Shown here: one piece after another, positions 47,719 to 58,511 of the stretch
Layout: the number at the start of each line of letters is the position of its first letter
Numbering within the stretch: the first letter of the stretch is position 1
Assembly: GCA_021202555.1 (NCBI GenBank)
Contig: JAJQCT010000029.1
Location: 170 to 64,169, forward strand
From: Clostridiales bacterium
GTDB lineage: Bacteria > Bacillota > Clostridia > Oscillospirales > CAG-272
Direction: 5' to 3'
Length of the DNA: 64,000 bases
Position numbers and translations under genes: made by a program
The notes under the pieces: generated by a model
What the model saw: only the letters and a program-made list of their open reading frames with translations
What the model was told of the DNA's origin: nothing
Database searches by the model: none

Positions 47719-47746
47719 AAACGCCCCCGAAAATGGGGGGCGTTTT
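47719..47746. terminator. Hairpin immediately after the infB stop
   Basis: AAACGCCCCC-GAAAATG-GGGGGCGTTT. Confidence 0.65.
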
Positions 47747-50584
47747 TCATTCCGCTTCGATTTCAACCATGTGGAAGCATTCAAACACGTCGTGTTCCTT
47801 TATGTCGGAGAAGCGCTCAAGCCCGACACCGCATTCATAGCCCTGCATGATTTCGCGTCTGTCCTCCTTGAAGTGGCGCAGGGACGCGATTTTATCCTCG
47901 AAGATAACTACGCCGTCGCGCACGATTCTCACGTCGCTCCCGCGCAGAAGCTTGCCGTCCTGCACGTATGAGCCGGCTATCATTCCGACGTTCGGCACGT
48001 GTATCGTCTGTCTGACCTCGGCATGACCGAGAATCTCCTCCTTGAATTTCGGCGCGAGCATACCCTTCATCGCCGCCGTCATTTCCTCAACGCACTCGTA
48101 AATTATCCTGTATGTGCGGATTTCGACGTTAAGCCTTGCCGCCATGTCAATTGAAGCCTTATTCGGTCTGACGTTGAAGCCGACGATTATGGCGTTGGAC
48201 GCAGCAGCGAGCTGAACGTCGCTTTCGATTATGCCGCCGACGGCGGAGTGAATGATGACGATTTTCACCTCGTCGTTTGAAATCTTCTCAAGCGACTGCT
48301 TCACCGCCTCTGCGCTTCCCTTCACATCCGCTTTTACGATGATATTGAAATCCTTGATTCCCGACTCTATCTGTGCAAACATATCGTTGAGGCTCGCTCT
48401 CGCATTTGCGCGGAAAATCTCCTCTTTTTCGCGCGAACGGCGCTGCTCTGCAAGCTCGCGCGCCATTTTCTCATCCTCAACGGCGTTAAATTCGTCGCCT
48501 GCTGCGGGAACCTCCGAAAGTCCCGTTATCTCGACGGGAACTGACGGACCCGCTGTTTTAAGCGCGCGTCCCGTTTCATCCGTCATCGAACGAACGTGTC
48601 CGACGGACGTTCCGGCGATTACAATATCGCCTGATTTCAGCGTACCGTTCTGCACGAGAACAGTCGCGACAGGTCCGCGTCCCTTGTCAAGCTTCGCTTC
48701 AATTACAAGTCCCTGTGCACGCCTTGCGGGATTTGCCTTATAATCCTCAACCTCCGCGATGAGAAGAATATCCTCAAGCAGAGTGTCGATTCCCTGCTTA
48801 GTCACGGCGGACACGGGCACGCACATTACGTCTCCGCCCCATTCCTCAGGAACGACGTCGTATTTCGTCAGCTCCTGCATTATCGAATCGGGATGCGCGC
48901 CTGGCTTATCCATCTTGTTGATTGCGACTATTATCTGTACTCCCGCAGCCTTCGCATGGTTAATCGCCTCAATCGTCTGCGGCATGATTCCGTCGTCGGC
49001 AGCGACAACTATAATCGCTATATCTGTCGCCATCGCGCCGCGAAGTCTCATCGCCGTGAACGCCTCGTGACCCGGGGTATCAAGGAAGGTGATATATTTG
49101 CCGCCGACGCTTACGCGGTAAGCGCCTATATGCTGCGTGATTCCGCCCGCCTCGCCTGCGGTGACGTTTGTGTGTCTGATTGCGTCGAGAAGGGACGTTT
49201 TGCCGTGGTCAACGTGACCCATGACGCACACGACGGGGCTGCGTTCGACAAGGCTTTCCTCCGCGTCGTCCGTTGTGTCGAAGAGCTGCTCCTCGATTGT
49301 GACGACGACCTCGCGCTCGGCTGCGACGCCAAGCTCCTCCGTGATGAGATACGCCGTGTCAAAATCAATCGTCTGATTGACGGTTGCCATCACGCCGTTC
49401 GCGATAAGCTTTTTGATTACCTCGGGCGCGGAAATTTTAAGCCTTCCCGCAAGCTCGCCGACTGTTATCTCGTCGGGAATCGTAATTTTCAGGCTGCTGC
49501 GGCGCTGACGCTCGATTTCCTCCTTGCGCAGCTTATCAGTCTTTCTGCGGTCCTTGTCGCGCCTTTTGCCGCCGACAGCACGGCTGCCCTGCCTTGCGTT
49601 TCTTTGCTTCGTATATACGCTGTCGTCTCTGTCGGAAACGTAGCTTGTCAGATGCTCGTTGAATTTTTCAAGGTCAACCGAGCCTGATTTCGTATCGACG
49701 ATTCGCGTATTGCCCGTGCGGTGTCTCGCCTCTCCCTGAACGACCTTCTTTTTCTGCTTCTGCTCTCCCGAAAGACCGTCGGCAGGCTGCCACGGTCCGC
49801 GGTTTTTCTTGGGCGCTTCAACCTGACCGCGCCCCGTTATAACCTCGCCTGTCTGGGACTGCGGCTGCTGTTGCTGCTGCTGCGGCTGCTGACGGCGCTG
49901 ACCGTTCGTCCGCTCGCCCGCGCGCTCGCCGACCGCCTGCTTCTGACGTGAGAGATTTTCTTTATTGTCCCTGCTTTCCCTGCCGTCTCTGCCGTCTCTT
50001 GCGCGGCGCTCTGCGGGCTGCGGCTGCTGTCTTTCCTCATTTCTTTGCCTTCCTTCCGGGCGGCGCTGCGGCTGTTGCTGTTGCTGCGGCTGCTGACGCT
50101 TCCTTTCGGATTCGTTTTCCTTTGCGCGCTTCTGCTCGCCGCCGGATGTCTCGGGCTTCGGCTTTGATTCGGCGCCGCTTTTGATTTCGCGCTTTTCTTT
50201 TTCGATTTCCTTTTCTTTTTCCTTTGGCTTTTCCCGATTCGCCGTCTCTTTTTTGGGTGCCTCCTGCTTTTCATCCTTCGCGGGCGTCACCGGCACCTCG
50301 ACCTGCTTCTCCGCCGCGGGAGTTTCATCCGCCGCCTTTTTCTTTTCCGCGACAGCCTTTCTCGGTATATATGTTTTGCCGCTCACATAGCTGTCAAGGT
50401 CGTCGAGCTGATTTTCAAACGTGATAACCTCAAGGAAGAGATTAAACTCCGACGGCTCAAGCACCGCCATATGCGTCTTTCCCTCAATTCCGTATTTGCC
50501 GAGCAAATCAAGAATATCCTTGCTCTTTACATTGAAATCCTTTGCCAAACGATTGATTCTGTAATTTGTATTTTGCTGTGCCAT
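47747..50584 (-). CDS. infB: Translation initiation factor IF-2
   Basis: [34 protein letters not shown]; start MAQQN after RBS GGGAGG. Confidence 0.99.
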   Translation of the reverse strand: MAQQNTNYRINRLAKDFNVKSKDILDLLGKYGIEGKTHMAVLEPSEFNLFLEVITFENQLDDLDSYVSGKTYIPRKAVAEKKKAADETPAAEKQVEVPVTPAKDEKQEAPKKETANREKPKEKEKEIEKEKREIKSGAESKPKPETSGGEQKRAKENESERKRQQPQQQQQPQRRPEGRQRNEERQQPQPAERRARDGRDGRESRDNKENLSRQKQAVGERAGERTNGQRRQQPQQQQQQPQSQTGEVITGRGQVEAPKKNRGPWQPADGLSGEQKQKKKVVQGEARHRTGNTRIVDTKSGSVDLEKFNEHLTSYVSDRDDSVYTKQRNARQGSRAVGGKRRDKDRRKTDKLRKEEIERQRRSSLKITIPDEITVGELAGRLKISAPEVIKKLIANGVMATVNQTIDFDTAYLITEELGVAAEREVVVTIEEQLFDTTDDAEESLVERSPVVCVMGHVDHGKTSLLDAIRHTNVTAGEAGGITQHIGAYRVSVGGKYITFLDTPGHEAFTAMRLRGAMATDIAIIVVAADDGIMPQTIEAINHAKAAGVQIIVAINKMDKPGAHPDSIMQELTKYDVVPEEWGGDVMCVPVSAVTKQGIDTLLEDILLIAEVEDYKANPARRAQGLVIEAKLDKGRGPVATVLVQNGTLKSGDIVIAGTSVGHVRSMTDETGRALKTAGPSVPVEITGLSEVPAAGDEFNAVEDEKMARELAEQRRSREKEEIFRANARASLNDMFAQIESGIKDFNIIVKADVKGSAEAVKQSLEKISNDEVKIVIIHSAVGGIIESDVQLAAASNAIIVGFNVRPNKASIDMAARLNVEIRTYRIIYECVEEMTAAMKGMLAPKFKEEILGHAEVRQTIHVPNVGMIAGSYVQDGKLLRGSDVRIVRDGVVIFEDKIASLRHFKEDRREIMQGYECGVGLERFSDIKEHDVFECFHMVEIEAE

Positions 50585-50645
50585 GAAAATCCTCCCACAC
50601 CGTAATTTCAGCGGATCGATTGGAAAATCCCGTCCCGATCCCTTT

Positions 50646-51008
50646 TTATTTCGGCAAAATCTCCTCGGATTTGCCGTCCGACAGAGCGTTCGCCGCGGCA
50701 AGCGCCGCATCCGAAAGCCCCTTATTTTTTATATATACCGCCGCCGTCATTCCTGTCCTGCCGACCGACGCGGAAATTTCGGCTCCCGTGACGCCGCACA
50801 TAACAAGCTCGGCTCCGTAAAACGCGCATTTGTCCGAAAGCTTCTTTTTCGTTGCCTCCGAAATGTCAGACGCCGCGAATACGGGGAAATCTCCGCCGCA
50901 CCGCAGAGCCTCGCACACGTTCGGCACGCCGACCGAAAGAAGTCCGCCCCGCTTGGCAATCCCGAAATACGAAAGCAAACGGTTCAGCTCTCGTTTGTTT
51001 CCGCACAT
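50646..51008 (-). CDS. ylxQ: L7Ae/YlxQ-family RNA-binding protein
   Basis: [20 protein letters not shown]; position between ylxR and infB. Confidence 0.85.
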   Translation of the reverse strand: MCGNKRELNRLLSYFGIAKRGGLLSVGVPNVCEALRCGGDFPVFAASDISEATKKKLSDKCAFYGAELVMCGVTGAEISASVGRTGMTAAVYIKNKGLSDAALAAANALSDGKSEEILPK

Positions 51009-51271
51009 TTTTCGATTTCCTCCGTCAAGCCCTCCGCAAGCCCGGGAGGTATCTCACACGCAAGACTTCTCGCGAGCCTGCCAGACTTTGCGGCTCGCCC
51101 GAGGCATTCGCGTTTTTTGCATATATACGCGCCGCGCCCCGATTTTTTGCCCGTCGGGTCAATCGAAACCTCGCCGTCGGGTGAGCGCACTATGCGTATA
51201 AGCTCGCGCTTCGGCTTGCGTTCCCCGCAGCCTATGCACTGACGTTCGGGCAGCCGACGTTCCTTCGTCAT
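50984..51271 (-). CDS. ylxR: YlxR/RnpM (DUF448) protein
   Basis: P.RQCIGC....KRELIRIV, GRGAYIC. Confidence 0.93.
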   Translation of the reverse strand: MTKERRLPERQCIGCGERKPKRELIRIVRSPDGEVSIDPTGKKSGRGAYICKKRECLGRAAKSGRLARSLACEIPPGLAEGLTEEIEKCAETNES

Positions 51272-51274
51272 CGC

Positions 51275-52333
51275 TTAAGTACCCTTTATATCTATCTTAT
51301 AGCCCGTCAGACGCGCGGCAAGACGCGCGTTCTGCCCCTCCTTGCCTATCGCAAGCGAGAGCTGCTCGGAATCAACGTAAACCTTCGCCGAGCGTTCCTC
51401 CTCCATATAGACCTCGTTTACGGTCGCGGGCGCGAGCGCAGCGCTTATATATTCCGCGGGGTCCTCGCTGTATTTCACAATATCGATTTTCTCCCCGCGA
51501 AGCTCGTCAAGAATCGCCGAAATTCTCGAGCCTCTGCTGCCTATGCACGAGCCGACCGCGTCTACGTTTTCATCGGTTGACATGACGGCAATTTTCGTGC
51601 GCGACCCCGCCTCGCGGCAGATTCCCTTGATGACTACCGTTCCGTCGGCGATTTCGGGAATTTCAAGCTCAAAAAGCCGCTTTACAAGGCTCGGATGCGT
51701 GCGCGAGAGTATTACGATGGGTCCCCTGCTTTCGCTTCTGACCTCGGAGATATAAACCTTGATTCTGTCTCCGACCTCGAACGTCTCGCCGGGTATCTGC
51801 TCATCCTTTATAAGCACCGCCTCGCTCGTCCCCGTATCGACGACGACGGAGCCGTCAGAATCATCGACCTTGACGACCTGCGCCGTGACGATTTCCTCGC
51901 GCTTCGTCTCGTATTCGCTGCGGACGTGCTTGCGCTCCTCCTCACGAATTCCTTGGATTATCACCTGCTTTGCCGCCTGAGCCGACAGACGCCTGAAATT
52001 TTTCGGCTTCAGCTCTACCTCGACCGTATCGCCGAGCACATATTTTTTCGAGCGCTTCTTCGCGTCCTCGAGGGAAATCTCGATTACCGGATCGGTAACC
52101 TCCTCCACAACCGTGAACTGCTGATAAACGTGAATTTCACTCTTTTCCTCGGAGATTTCAACGCGCACGTTCGCGTTTCCGTTTTCATGCTTATAAGCCG
52201 ATACGAGAGCAGCCTCTATGCGCTCAAGCATATATTCCTTTGAAATGTGCTTTTCCCGCTCAAGATCCTCAAGCGCGAGAAAAAGATCGGGCATTTTTTC
52301 GGCAGATGCCCTGTCATGCGATGCTTTGCTCAT
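51275..52333 (-). CDS. nusA: Transcription termination factor NusA
   Basis: AQAAKQVI, LFELEIPEI, REAGSRTKIAV, AIGKEGQNARLAARLTG. Confidence 0.98.
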   Translation of the reverse strand: MSKASHDRASAEKMPDLFLALEDLEREKHISKEYMLERIEAALVSAYKHENGNANVRVEISEEKSEIHVYQQFTVVEEVTDPVIEISLEDAKKRSKKYVLGDTVEVELKPKNFRRLSAQAAKQVIIQGIREEERKHVRSEYETKREEIVTAQVVKVDDSDGSVVVDTGTSEAVLIKDEQIPGETFEVGDRIKVYISEVRSESRGPIVILSRTHPSLVKRLFELEIPEIADGTVVIKGICREAGSRTKIAVMSTDENVDAVGSCIGSRGSRISAILDELRGEKIDIVKYSEDPAEYISAALAPATVNEVYMEEERSAKVYVDSEQLSLAIGKEGQNARLAARLTGYKIDIKGT

Positions 52334-52392
52334 GCAAAATCCGTTCCTTTCAATAAAAAATGAATAATATAGCCGGATAAATACGGTTATTC

Positions 52393-52878
52393 TCAATTAA
52401 ATTCGCCGAAATCGAAAAGCGTTTTGATTTTGGCGCATTCGCTACGCGGAATATTAAGCGTTCCGCTCTCGGTCAGAAGCGACAGCACGTCGTCCTTTTC
52501 GTTATATTCGGCAATTTCGCCGCGAAGCTTCTTTTTTCCGTCACGCGGCGCATAAAGACTTATTTCAACCTCCGTACCGCTGCCCGCATATGCCTCGATG
52601 TGACGCGGCTTTTTCAGCTCGCGCTCGACTCCCGCCGACGAAACCTCAAGCCGATACGATTCCTCGGTTGGCGGGTCCTCGTCGAGTATCGGGTCAAGCA
52701 AATCGCTCACGCGGGTGCAGTCGTCGAGCGATATTCCCGCCTCCGAGTCGATTTCGACGCGGAAATAAAGCTCCGTTCCCTCTTTTTCAAACGAAATGTT
52801 CCATACCTCGTAGCCAAGCCCGCAAATCAGGGGCGTTATCCGCTCCTCAAGCCTGCTCACCGCGTTCGATTTTGCCAT
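52393..52878 (-). CDS. rimP: Ribosome maturation factor RimP
   Basis: GISLDDC..VS, Y.LEVSSAG.EREL; start reassigned to MAKSN. Confidence 0.95.
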   Translation of the reverse strand: MAKSNAVSRLEERITPLICGLGYEVWNISFEKEGTELYFRVEIDSEAGISLDDCTRVSDLLDPILDEDPPTEESYRLEVSSAGVERELKKPRHIEAYAGSGTEVEISLYAPRDGKKKLRGEIAEYNEKDDVLSLLTESGTLNIPRSECAKIKTLFDFGEFN

Positions 52879-52983
52879 ATATCTGCCTCTCACTTTCATT
52901 TTGCGGGTATTCAATGCGCAAATCAGACGCCAAAGGGGGTTCAAACCGTTTGACAGCAGACGCGCATTCGAGGATAAAATCTC

Positions 52984-53023
52984 AAAAACAAAGAGCGAGC
53001 TGCACACTGTCACCCCACTCTTC
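52984..53023 (-). promoter_or_regulatory. rimP-leader attenuator hairpin
   Basis: Minus AAGAGTGGG...CTCGCTCTTTGTTTTT, similar to the conserved Firmicute rimP leader. Confidence 0.65.
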
Positions 53024-53141
53024 ACCATCACCTATCATATTATAACACAGATAAGCGCACTTTGCAACAATATTTTCAAAAAAACTTTTCGAGGCGCGGT
53101 ACAGCGTTAAAATCTCCCGACGGGCAATTGTCATGTTCACC

Positions 53142-53170
53142 TTGACAAGCCGTTCAAGTCCGGATATAAT
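53142..53170 (+). promoter_or_regulatory. Consensus sigma-70 promoter of the ROK gene
   Basis: TTGACA-17-TATAAT. Confidence 0.8.
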
Positions 53171-53205
53171 AAGACATGACGATATATCATTGAAGGAGCA
53201 TTCAC

Positions 53206-54594
53206 ATGAATCGATGTGGAATTAAGGTAGACATCAAAAACGTGCCGCTGCTGGACGAGGAATTTATACCGATTCTGAAATTCAACCGCGCGTTTCTCAA
53301 AACCGCGAAAAAGCCCGTTTCAATCGCCGTTGAGCGGGCGGACGGGCAGACAGCGGTATACCGCACATTTATACACGGCACGTCCGATATGAAATCAGCC
53401 GACCGCTACTACATCAACCGACTCGTTAAGACAATGCTCTGGATGAAGGGCGGATTCCGCGTTTTTGTTTCGGGCGACGAGGACACGTATGAATATCTGA
53501 AGGGCGCTTTTTCTCCCGGCGGCGAGCAGGACTTTGACAGGGATTTCATGTCGGGCATATTCGAGCATCAATTCGAGGTGCTTTATACTGACAAAATCCC
53601 CGAGGCAAAGGACTTGCCGAAGCGCATGGGAGGACATCTTGACGGCTGTCGGATAGGGTTTGACGCCGGCGGGAGCGACCGCAAGGTCAGCGCCGTCATA
53701 GACGGGGAAAGCGTATTTTCCGAGGAGGTCGTATGGTTTCCGAAAACAAGCTCCGATCCGAGCTATCACTACGACGGGATTGTATCGGCGCTCAAATCCG
53801 CAGTGGCGCATCTTCCGCGCGTCGATGCCGTTGGAATCAGCTCCGCCGGAATCTATATCGGAAACCGCACAATGAGCGCCTCCCTCTTTCTGAGTGTGCC
53901 GAAGGAAAAATTTGATGCCGAGGTCAAGGACATCTACATACGCGCAGTAAATGACACGTTCGGCGACATTCCCTTTGAGGTCGTCAACGACGGCGATGTA
54001 ACCGCTCTTTCGGGAATGATGAGCCTTGCCGACACAAACGTACTCGGAATCGCTATGGGCACAAGCGAGGCTGGCGGTTTTGTTGACAGCGAGGGGCGCA
54101 TAACAGGATGGCTCAATGAGCTTGCGTTTGTGCCCGTGGACTGCAGTCCCGACGCCGAAAAGGACGAATGGAGCGGAGATATAGGCTGCGGGGTCAAATA
54201 TTTCTCTCAGGATGCGGTAATCAGACTGGCGCCCCGCGCGGGCATTCGGCTTGAGGAGAGCTTATCCCCCGCGGAAAAGCTCAAAGCGGTGCAGGCGCTC
54301 GTGGAGGCGAGAGATTCTGCGGCGGAGGCGATTTATTCCTCGATAGGAACGTATCTCGGTCACACGCTCGCTTATTATTACGACCTCTACCGCTGCCGTC
54401 ACGTGCTGCTTCTCGGTCGCGTAATGAGCGGAAGAGGCGGCGACATTATACTTGACGAATGCAAAAGAGTGCTTCGCGACGAGTATCCGGAAACCGACGG
54501 CAAGCTTTTCCCCTCGCTTCCCGACGAGAAATTCAGGCGTGTCGGTCAGTCGGCAGCAGCGGCAAGTCTGCCGCAGCAAGCCTGCCGGAGATAA
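53206..54594 (+). CDS. ROK-family protein (long clostridial type)
   Basis: IGFDAGGSD, GISSAG, NDGDVTAL, AMGTSEAGG, NELAF. Confidence 0.85.
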   Translation: MNRCGIKVDIKNVPLLDEEFIPILKFNRAFLKTAKKPVSIAVERADGQTAVYRTFIHGTSDMKSADRYYINRLVKTMLWMKGGFRVFVSGDEDTYEYLKGAFSPGGEQDFDRDFMSGIFEHQFEVLYTDKIPEAKDLPKRMGGHLDGCRIGFDAGGSDRKVSAVIDGESVFSEEVVWFPKTSSDPSYHYDGIVSALKSAVAHLPRVDAVGISSAGIYIGNRTMSASLFLSVPKEKFDAEVKDIYIRAVNDTFGDIPFEVVNDGDVTALSGMMSLADTNVLGIAMGTSEAGGFVDSEGRITGWLNELAFVPVDCSPDAEKDEWSGDIGCGVKYFSQDAVIRLAPRAGIRLEESLSPAEKLKAVQALVEARDSAAEAIYSSIGTYLGHTLAYYYDLYRCRHVLLLGRVMSGRGGDIILDECKRVLRDEYPETDGKLFPSLPDEKFRRVGQSAAAASLPQQACRR

Positions 54595-54632
54595 AGCGGC
54601 AGCAAATCTGACGTTTCATATTCGAGGCGAGC

Positions 54633-54665
54633 AAAAAAGCTCCGGGGTTTTCCTCGGAGCTTTTT
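54633..54665. terminator. Bidirectional terminator
   Basis: AAAAAAGCTCCGGGG-TTTT-CCTCGGAGCTTTTT. Confidence 0.85.
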
Positions 54666-54680
54666 CGCGGTCAATTAAGA

Positions 54681-54860
54681 TTATTCGTCCTCTGCCGGCG
54701 CTTCTACGGGGCAAGCACCCGCGCATGAGCCGCAGCTGATGCAGGTATCGGGGTCGATTACGTACTTGCCGTCCTCGTCCTCGGAAATTGCCTCAACAGG
54801 GCATTCCGCAGCGCAAGCGCCGCATCCCAGACACTTTTCTTTGTCGATCTTGTAAGCCAT
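54681..54860 (-). CDS. 2[4Fe-4S] ferredoxin (59 aa; below the ORF-track cutoff)
   Basis: MAYKIDKEKCLGCGACAAECPVEAISEDEDGKYVIDPDTCISCGSCAGACPVEAPAEDE; RBS GGAGG. Confidence 0.96.
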   Translation of the reverse strand: MAYKIDKEKCLGCGACAAECPVEAISEDEDGKYVIDPDTCISCGSCAGACPVEAPAEDE

Positions 54861-54986
54861 GACCTATATCCTCCATTCCTTTCCGAAGCAAGCTTCGGAT
54901 AAAATCACACCTGCTTATTGTAGCACATTTTCGGAAATGTGCAAGCGCTTTTTTTAAAATTAACAATTTGTTTTCAGTGAGCCGCC

Positions 54987-56315
54987 TCAATCCTCGGGCG
55001 GCAGCTCGACGTTTTCATCGCCCTCGGCAGCCTTCGGCTGCTCCTTCGCCTTTTTATCCGCGCTTTTGCCCTTCGCGGCAAGCACCGTCACGTCGTCGCG
55101 CATAAATTCCCTTATGGGCGCGTCGTCGTTCGCACCTACCTTCACCTTAATTTTTCCGGTGAGCGGCTGCGATTCGGTGACCGTTCCGACGCCGTCGGGC
55201 GTTTTCACGACATTTCCGACGCGCGGCGTGCGCTTTATTTCCTCGGCGTATGAATCAGCCTCATACCTCAGGCAGCACATGAGCCTCCCACAAGCGCCCG
55301 AAATCTTTGCCGTGTTGAGCGAAAGTCCCTGCTCCTTTGCCATCTCAATTGAAACCTTGTTGAAATCGTAAAGGAAGGTCGAGCAGCAGAACGGGCGACC
55401 GCAAATTCCGATTCCGCCGAGCATTTTCGCCTCGTCGCGTATTCCTATCTGGCGAAGCTCTATTCTCGTGTGGAATACCGATGCAAGGTCCTTCACAAGC
55501 TCGCGGAAATCAACTCTACCCTCAGCGCTGAAATAAAATGTAAGCTTGCTGCCGTCAAAGGCATACTCGGCGTCGATAAGCTTCATGTCAAGCCCGTGCT
55601 TCGCAATCCTTGCGGCGCACACAACCATCGCCTCACTTGCGAACGAAACTCCCGATTTGTGCCTTTCCGTGTCCGCTTCCGTCGCGATTCTCACGACGGG
55701 GCGAAGCGGCGCCACAAGCGAGCTTTTCGGCTCTGATTTGTTTGCAATCGCGACGTAGCCGTACTCAATTCCGCGCGCCGTCTCGACAATTACCCTCGTT
55801 CCGACGGGGCATTTATATCCCATCGGCGCAAAATAGTATACCTTGCTGCCGTCCTCATCCTTGAATCTCACCCCGACAATATCGACACGTTCGACAGGCT
55901 CCTGCGATGAGGCGGAAGCCACCGCGTCGTTTTCGTCCTCAAACCAGTAATCTGACATGACGCGGTATCTGTTTTTATCCTCTGCCGCATTTTCTGGAGG
56001 CGCCGCGATTATCGCTTCCTCCTCCGGCTCCTCGAGCTTTGCGCCAGAGCCGCGTATCTGCTTATAAAGCGGTATTGGCTGCTCCTTTTTAGCCGTGTCG
56101 GCGCCCTGCCTGCCGCCCTGATTTGATGCCTTCTGATTCTGCCGCCGTCCGTTCTTCTGCGAATATTGACGGCGTGTCGGTGCGTCTGCCGCGTCGTCGC
56201 TCGCCGCGCCCTCATCAAGCTCCGCCGACACCTCGGACATAATATTTTTCGCGCCGCCGCGCTGCTTGCCGCCGCGCCTGTAATTTCTCCCGCCGCGATT
56301 CTGATAAGAGTTCAT
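54987..56315 (-). CDS. ricT: RicT/YaaT (PSP1) protein with long disordered N-terminus
   Basis: RVDFRELVKDLA, RQIG.RDEA, CGRPFCC, ISGACGRLMCCL.YE. Confidence 0.93.
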   Translation of the reverse strand: MNSYQNRGGRNYRRGGKQRGGAKNIMSEVSAELDEGAASDDAADAPTRRQYSQKNGRRQNQKASNQGGRQGADTAKKEQPIPLYKQIRGSGAKLEEPEEEAIIAAPPENAAEDKNRYRVMSDYWFEDENDAVASASSQEPVERVDIVGVRFKDEDGSKVYYFAPMGYKCPVGTRVIVETARGIEYGYVAIANKSEPKSSLVAPLRPVVRIATEADTERHKSGVSFASEAMVVCAARIAKHGLDMKLIDAEYAFDGSKLTFYFSAEGRVDFRELVKDLASVFHTRIELRQIGIRDEAKMLGGIGICGRPFCCSTFLYDFNKVSIEMAKEQGLSLNTAKISGACGRLMCCLRYEADSYAEEIKRTPRVGNVVKTPDGVGTVTESQPLTGKIKVKVGANDDAPIREFMRDDVTVLAAKGKSADKKAKEQPKAAEGDENVELPPED

Positions 56316-56394
56316 TTTTTATAACCATGACTTTCGCATGACGAAAGTCCCCCTTTCTGTTTTCTTTCGTATTTTCAAATATACACGCCAAAGA

Positions 56395-57417
56395 TTATTT
56401 TTTTGAATAAACGGAATTTTTGATTCCGACCGCAAGCGCCATCATCGCCGCCGTCGGGGATACGTTAGATTTTATCATTTCCTCAGCGTCCGTCACACAG
56501 TCAAGCGACCTCATAAGCCCTGCGGCGCTGTAATTCCCTCCGGCAGAAAGCGCCTCACTTCGGCTCTTGTAAAAAACATTTTCCGCACTTGCCGAACGCT
56601 TCGCCGCTATCATGTCGCGCAGGGCGCATTTCATGTCAGACAAGAGCGTCATCGCCGCGTCCGATTTCATCCTGCCGAGCCGATAAACTCCCGTATACGC
56701 GCTGCCTCCGCCTGACAGCATTGCTGCCAGAAGCTCGCGCGCCTTTGATTTTTCGGCAAGGCGCGCCGCGAGCTTTTTTTCGTTTTTCACGTACTCAGCG
56801 GCAAGCCTCGGGCTTCCGCCCGACAATAGATAAATCTCCCCCCAGTCACCGCCGCCGAATTTGCTGCCGCACGTTCGCTTTACAAAATCGAGTGTTTCGT
56901 CCTTTGTCGGCGCGCGCATATGAATCGCCGACGCGCGCGACCTGACCGTCGGCAAAAGCGACGAAATATCCGTCGTCAGAAGCAGATAAAGCACATATGA
57001 GGGCGGTTCCTCAAGCGACAAAAGAAGAGCATTTTCGGCGGATGCTGTCATTTTTTCGGCATCTCGGACGATATATATTTTGCGTTCCGATTCCGAGGGA
57101 ATTATCGCGGCATCCTCCCGCATCATGCGCGATTTGTCAACGCCGACGCTTGCACGCTCGCCCCTCTCGATTATCTTCACGTCCGGGTGAGAGCCCGCCT
57201 CAAGCTTAACGCATGACGGACATCTCCCGCAGGGAATCATCCCCTCTCCCGTGCAAAGCACGGCAGCCGCAAAATCAAGCGCGAAATCATATACCGAATC
57301 CGCGTCGTTGCCGTCGATTATATACGCATGACCGATACGGTCGTTTTTTATGTCGTTTACGGTGCGGTCGATAAGCTCTCCGCAGCCGCAAATATCGGAA
57401 AAACCTGCGCCCGGCAT
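56395..57417 (-). CDS. holB: DNA polymerase III delta' subunit-like
   Basis: HAYII, C....PCG.C.SC......HPDV, A.NALL..LEEPP, LLPTVRSR; upstream of ricT. Confidence 0.85.
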   Translation of the reverse strand: MPGAGFSDICGCGELIDRTVNDIKNDRIGHAYIIDGNDADSVYDFALDFAAAVLCTGEGMIPCGRCPSCVKLEAGSHPDVKIIERGERASVGVDKSRMMREDAAIIPSESERKIYIVRDAEKMTASAENALLLSLEEPPSYVLYLLLTTDISSLLPTVRSRASAIHMRAPTKDETLDFVKRTCGSKFGGGDWGEIYLLSGGSPRLAAEYVKNEKKLAARLAEKSKARELLAAMLSGGGSAYTGVYRLGRMKSDAAMTLLSDMKCALRDMIAAKRSASAENVFYKSRSEALSAGGNYSAAGLMRSLDCVTDAEEMIKSNVSPTAAMMALAVGIKNSVYSKK

Positions 57418-57493
57418 ATCATCCTCAAATCAAAGCAGTTCATTTTACATAGTAATTGTATCACGCGGCGAAAAGAAAGTCAAGAGGCAAACT

Positions 57494-58201
57494 TTACGTT
57501 CTCACAAGCGTCGGGCAAAATCCGAGATAATCCGCCGAAACAAGGTGAAATCTCACCCCGCGATACTCCGTGACGGCGGGCACCCCGTACCCGCCGTGAA
57601 TGTGACCGTAATAAACCTCAGTGACGCCGTGCGAGCAAATCACGTCAAATATCGGCTCGTTGACGGCTCCCATATAGTAAACGGGATAATGCAGAAAGAC
57701 TATGGCGCGCCCGCAGTCCGATTTTTCATTTGCCGCTGTCAGCGCCGTATCGAGCCGTGTCGCCTCGCGCTTTGAAAGTCGAAGAAAATCCGTCTCGCTC
57801 TCCCCCTCGCTCGGGAATTTGCCGCAGGTCATGGCGACGGCGGCGTTTTCAACCATCTCCATGCCGCCGCGCAGAAATCGTATGCTCCCGCATTCCCACT
57901 CCGCCAGAGCCGCATTCATTTTGGAAAGAGACGTCCACCAGAAATCATGATTTCCCTTGCCGATTATCTTTTTTCCGGGCAGAGAATTTATGAAAACAAA
58001 ATCGTTCCTCGCCTCATCGAGCGTGAGCGCCCACGAAATATCGCCGGGCAGAATCACAGTATCGTCATCAGAAACAACGCGCTTCCAGTTATTTTTGATT
58101 TTTTCGCGGTGAGAGCGCCAGCGCTCGCCGAAAATATCCATGGATTTTTCGCTTTTTCCGCTCGCGGGAAGATGTATATCCGAAATTGAAAAAATCGACA
58201 T
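57494..58201 (-). CDS. Metallophosphoesterase
   Basis: SDIH, GDISW, GNHD, HYP, GHIH. Confidence 0.9.
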   Translation of the reverse strand: MSIFSISDIHLPASGKSEKSMDIFGERWRSHREKIKNNWKRVVSDDDTVILPGDISWALTLDEARNDFVFINSLPGKKIIGKGNHDFWWTSLSKMNAALAEWECGSIRFLRGGMEMVENAAVAMTCGKFPSEGESETDFLRLSKREATRLDTALTAANEKSDCGRAIVFLHYPVYYMGAVNEPIFDVICSHGVTEVYYGHIHGGYGVPAVTEYRGVRFHLVSADYLGFCPTLVRT

Positions 58202-58294
58202 TGCGTCTCCTTACTTTATTTGGCTGAATAAAAAGCGAAAATATATCCGAAAATAATCTTGTACACGATACCTATAATATTTTGGAGGATTACC

Positions 58295-58510
58295 ATGCCT
58301 GTATACGGCGGAAACGAATATATCAATGTAAACACAGACGAAAAGGGCGGTCGCCCGCAGCACATACGCGGTGTCGTCTGCGATGTGAAAAACTGCGTCT
58401 ATCACGACGGGGACAGCTTCTGCACAGCGTCGCGAATCGCGGTGGGGCCTACCTACGCCACAAATTCGCGCGACACTGTATGCGCTACGTTCCGTGAGCG
58501 AACACTCTGA
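58295..58510 (+). CDS. DUF1540-family Cys-rich small protein
   Basis: C.V.NC.YH....CTA..I.VG......T.CATF; RBS GGAGG. Confidence 0.85.
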   Translation: MPVYGGNEYINVNTDEKGGRPQHIRGVVCDVKNCVYHDGDSFCTASRIAVGPTYATNSRDTVCATFRERTL

Positions 58511-58511
58511 C

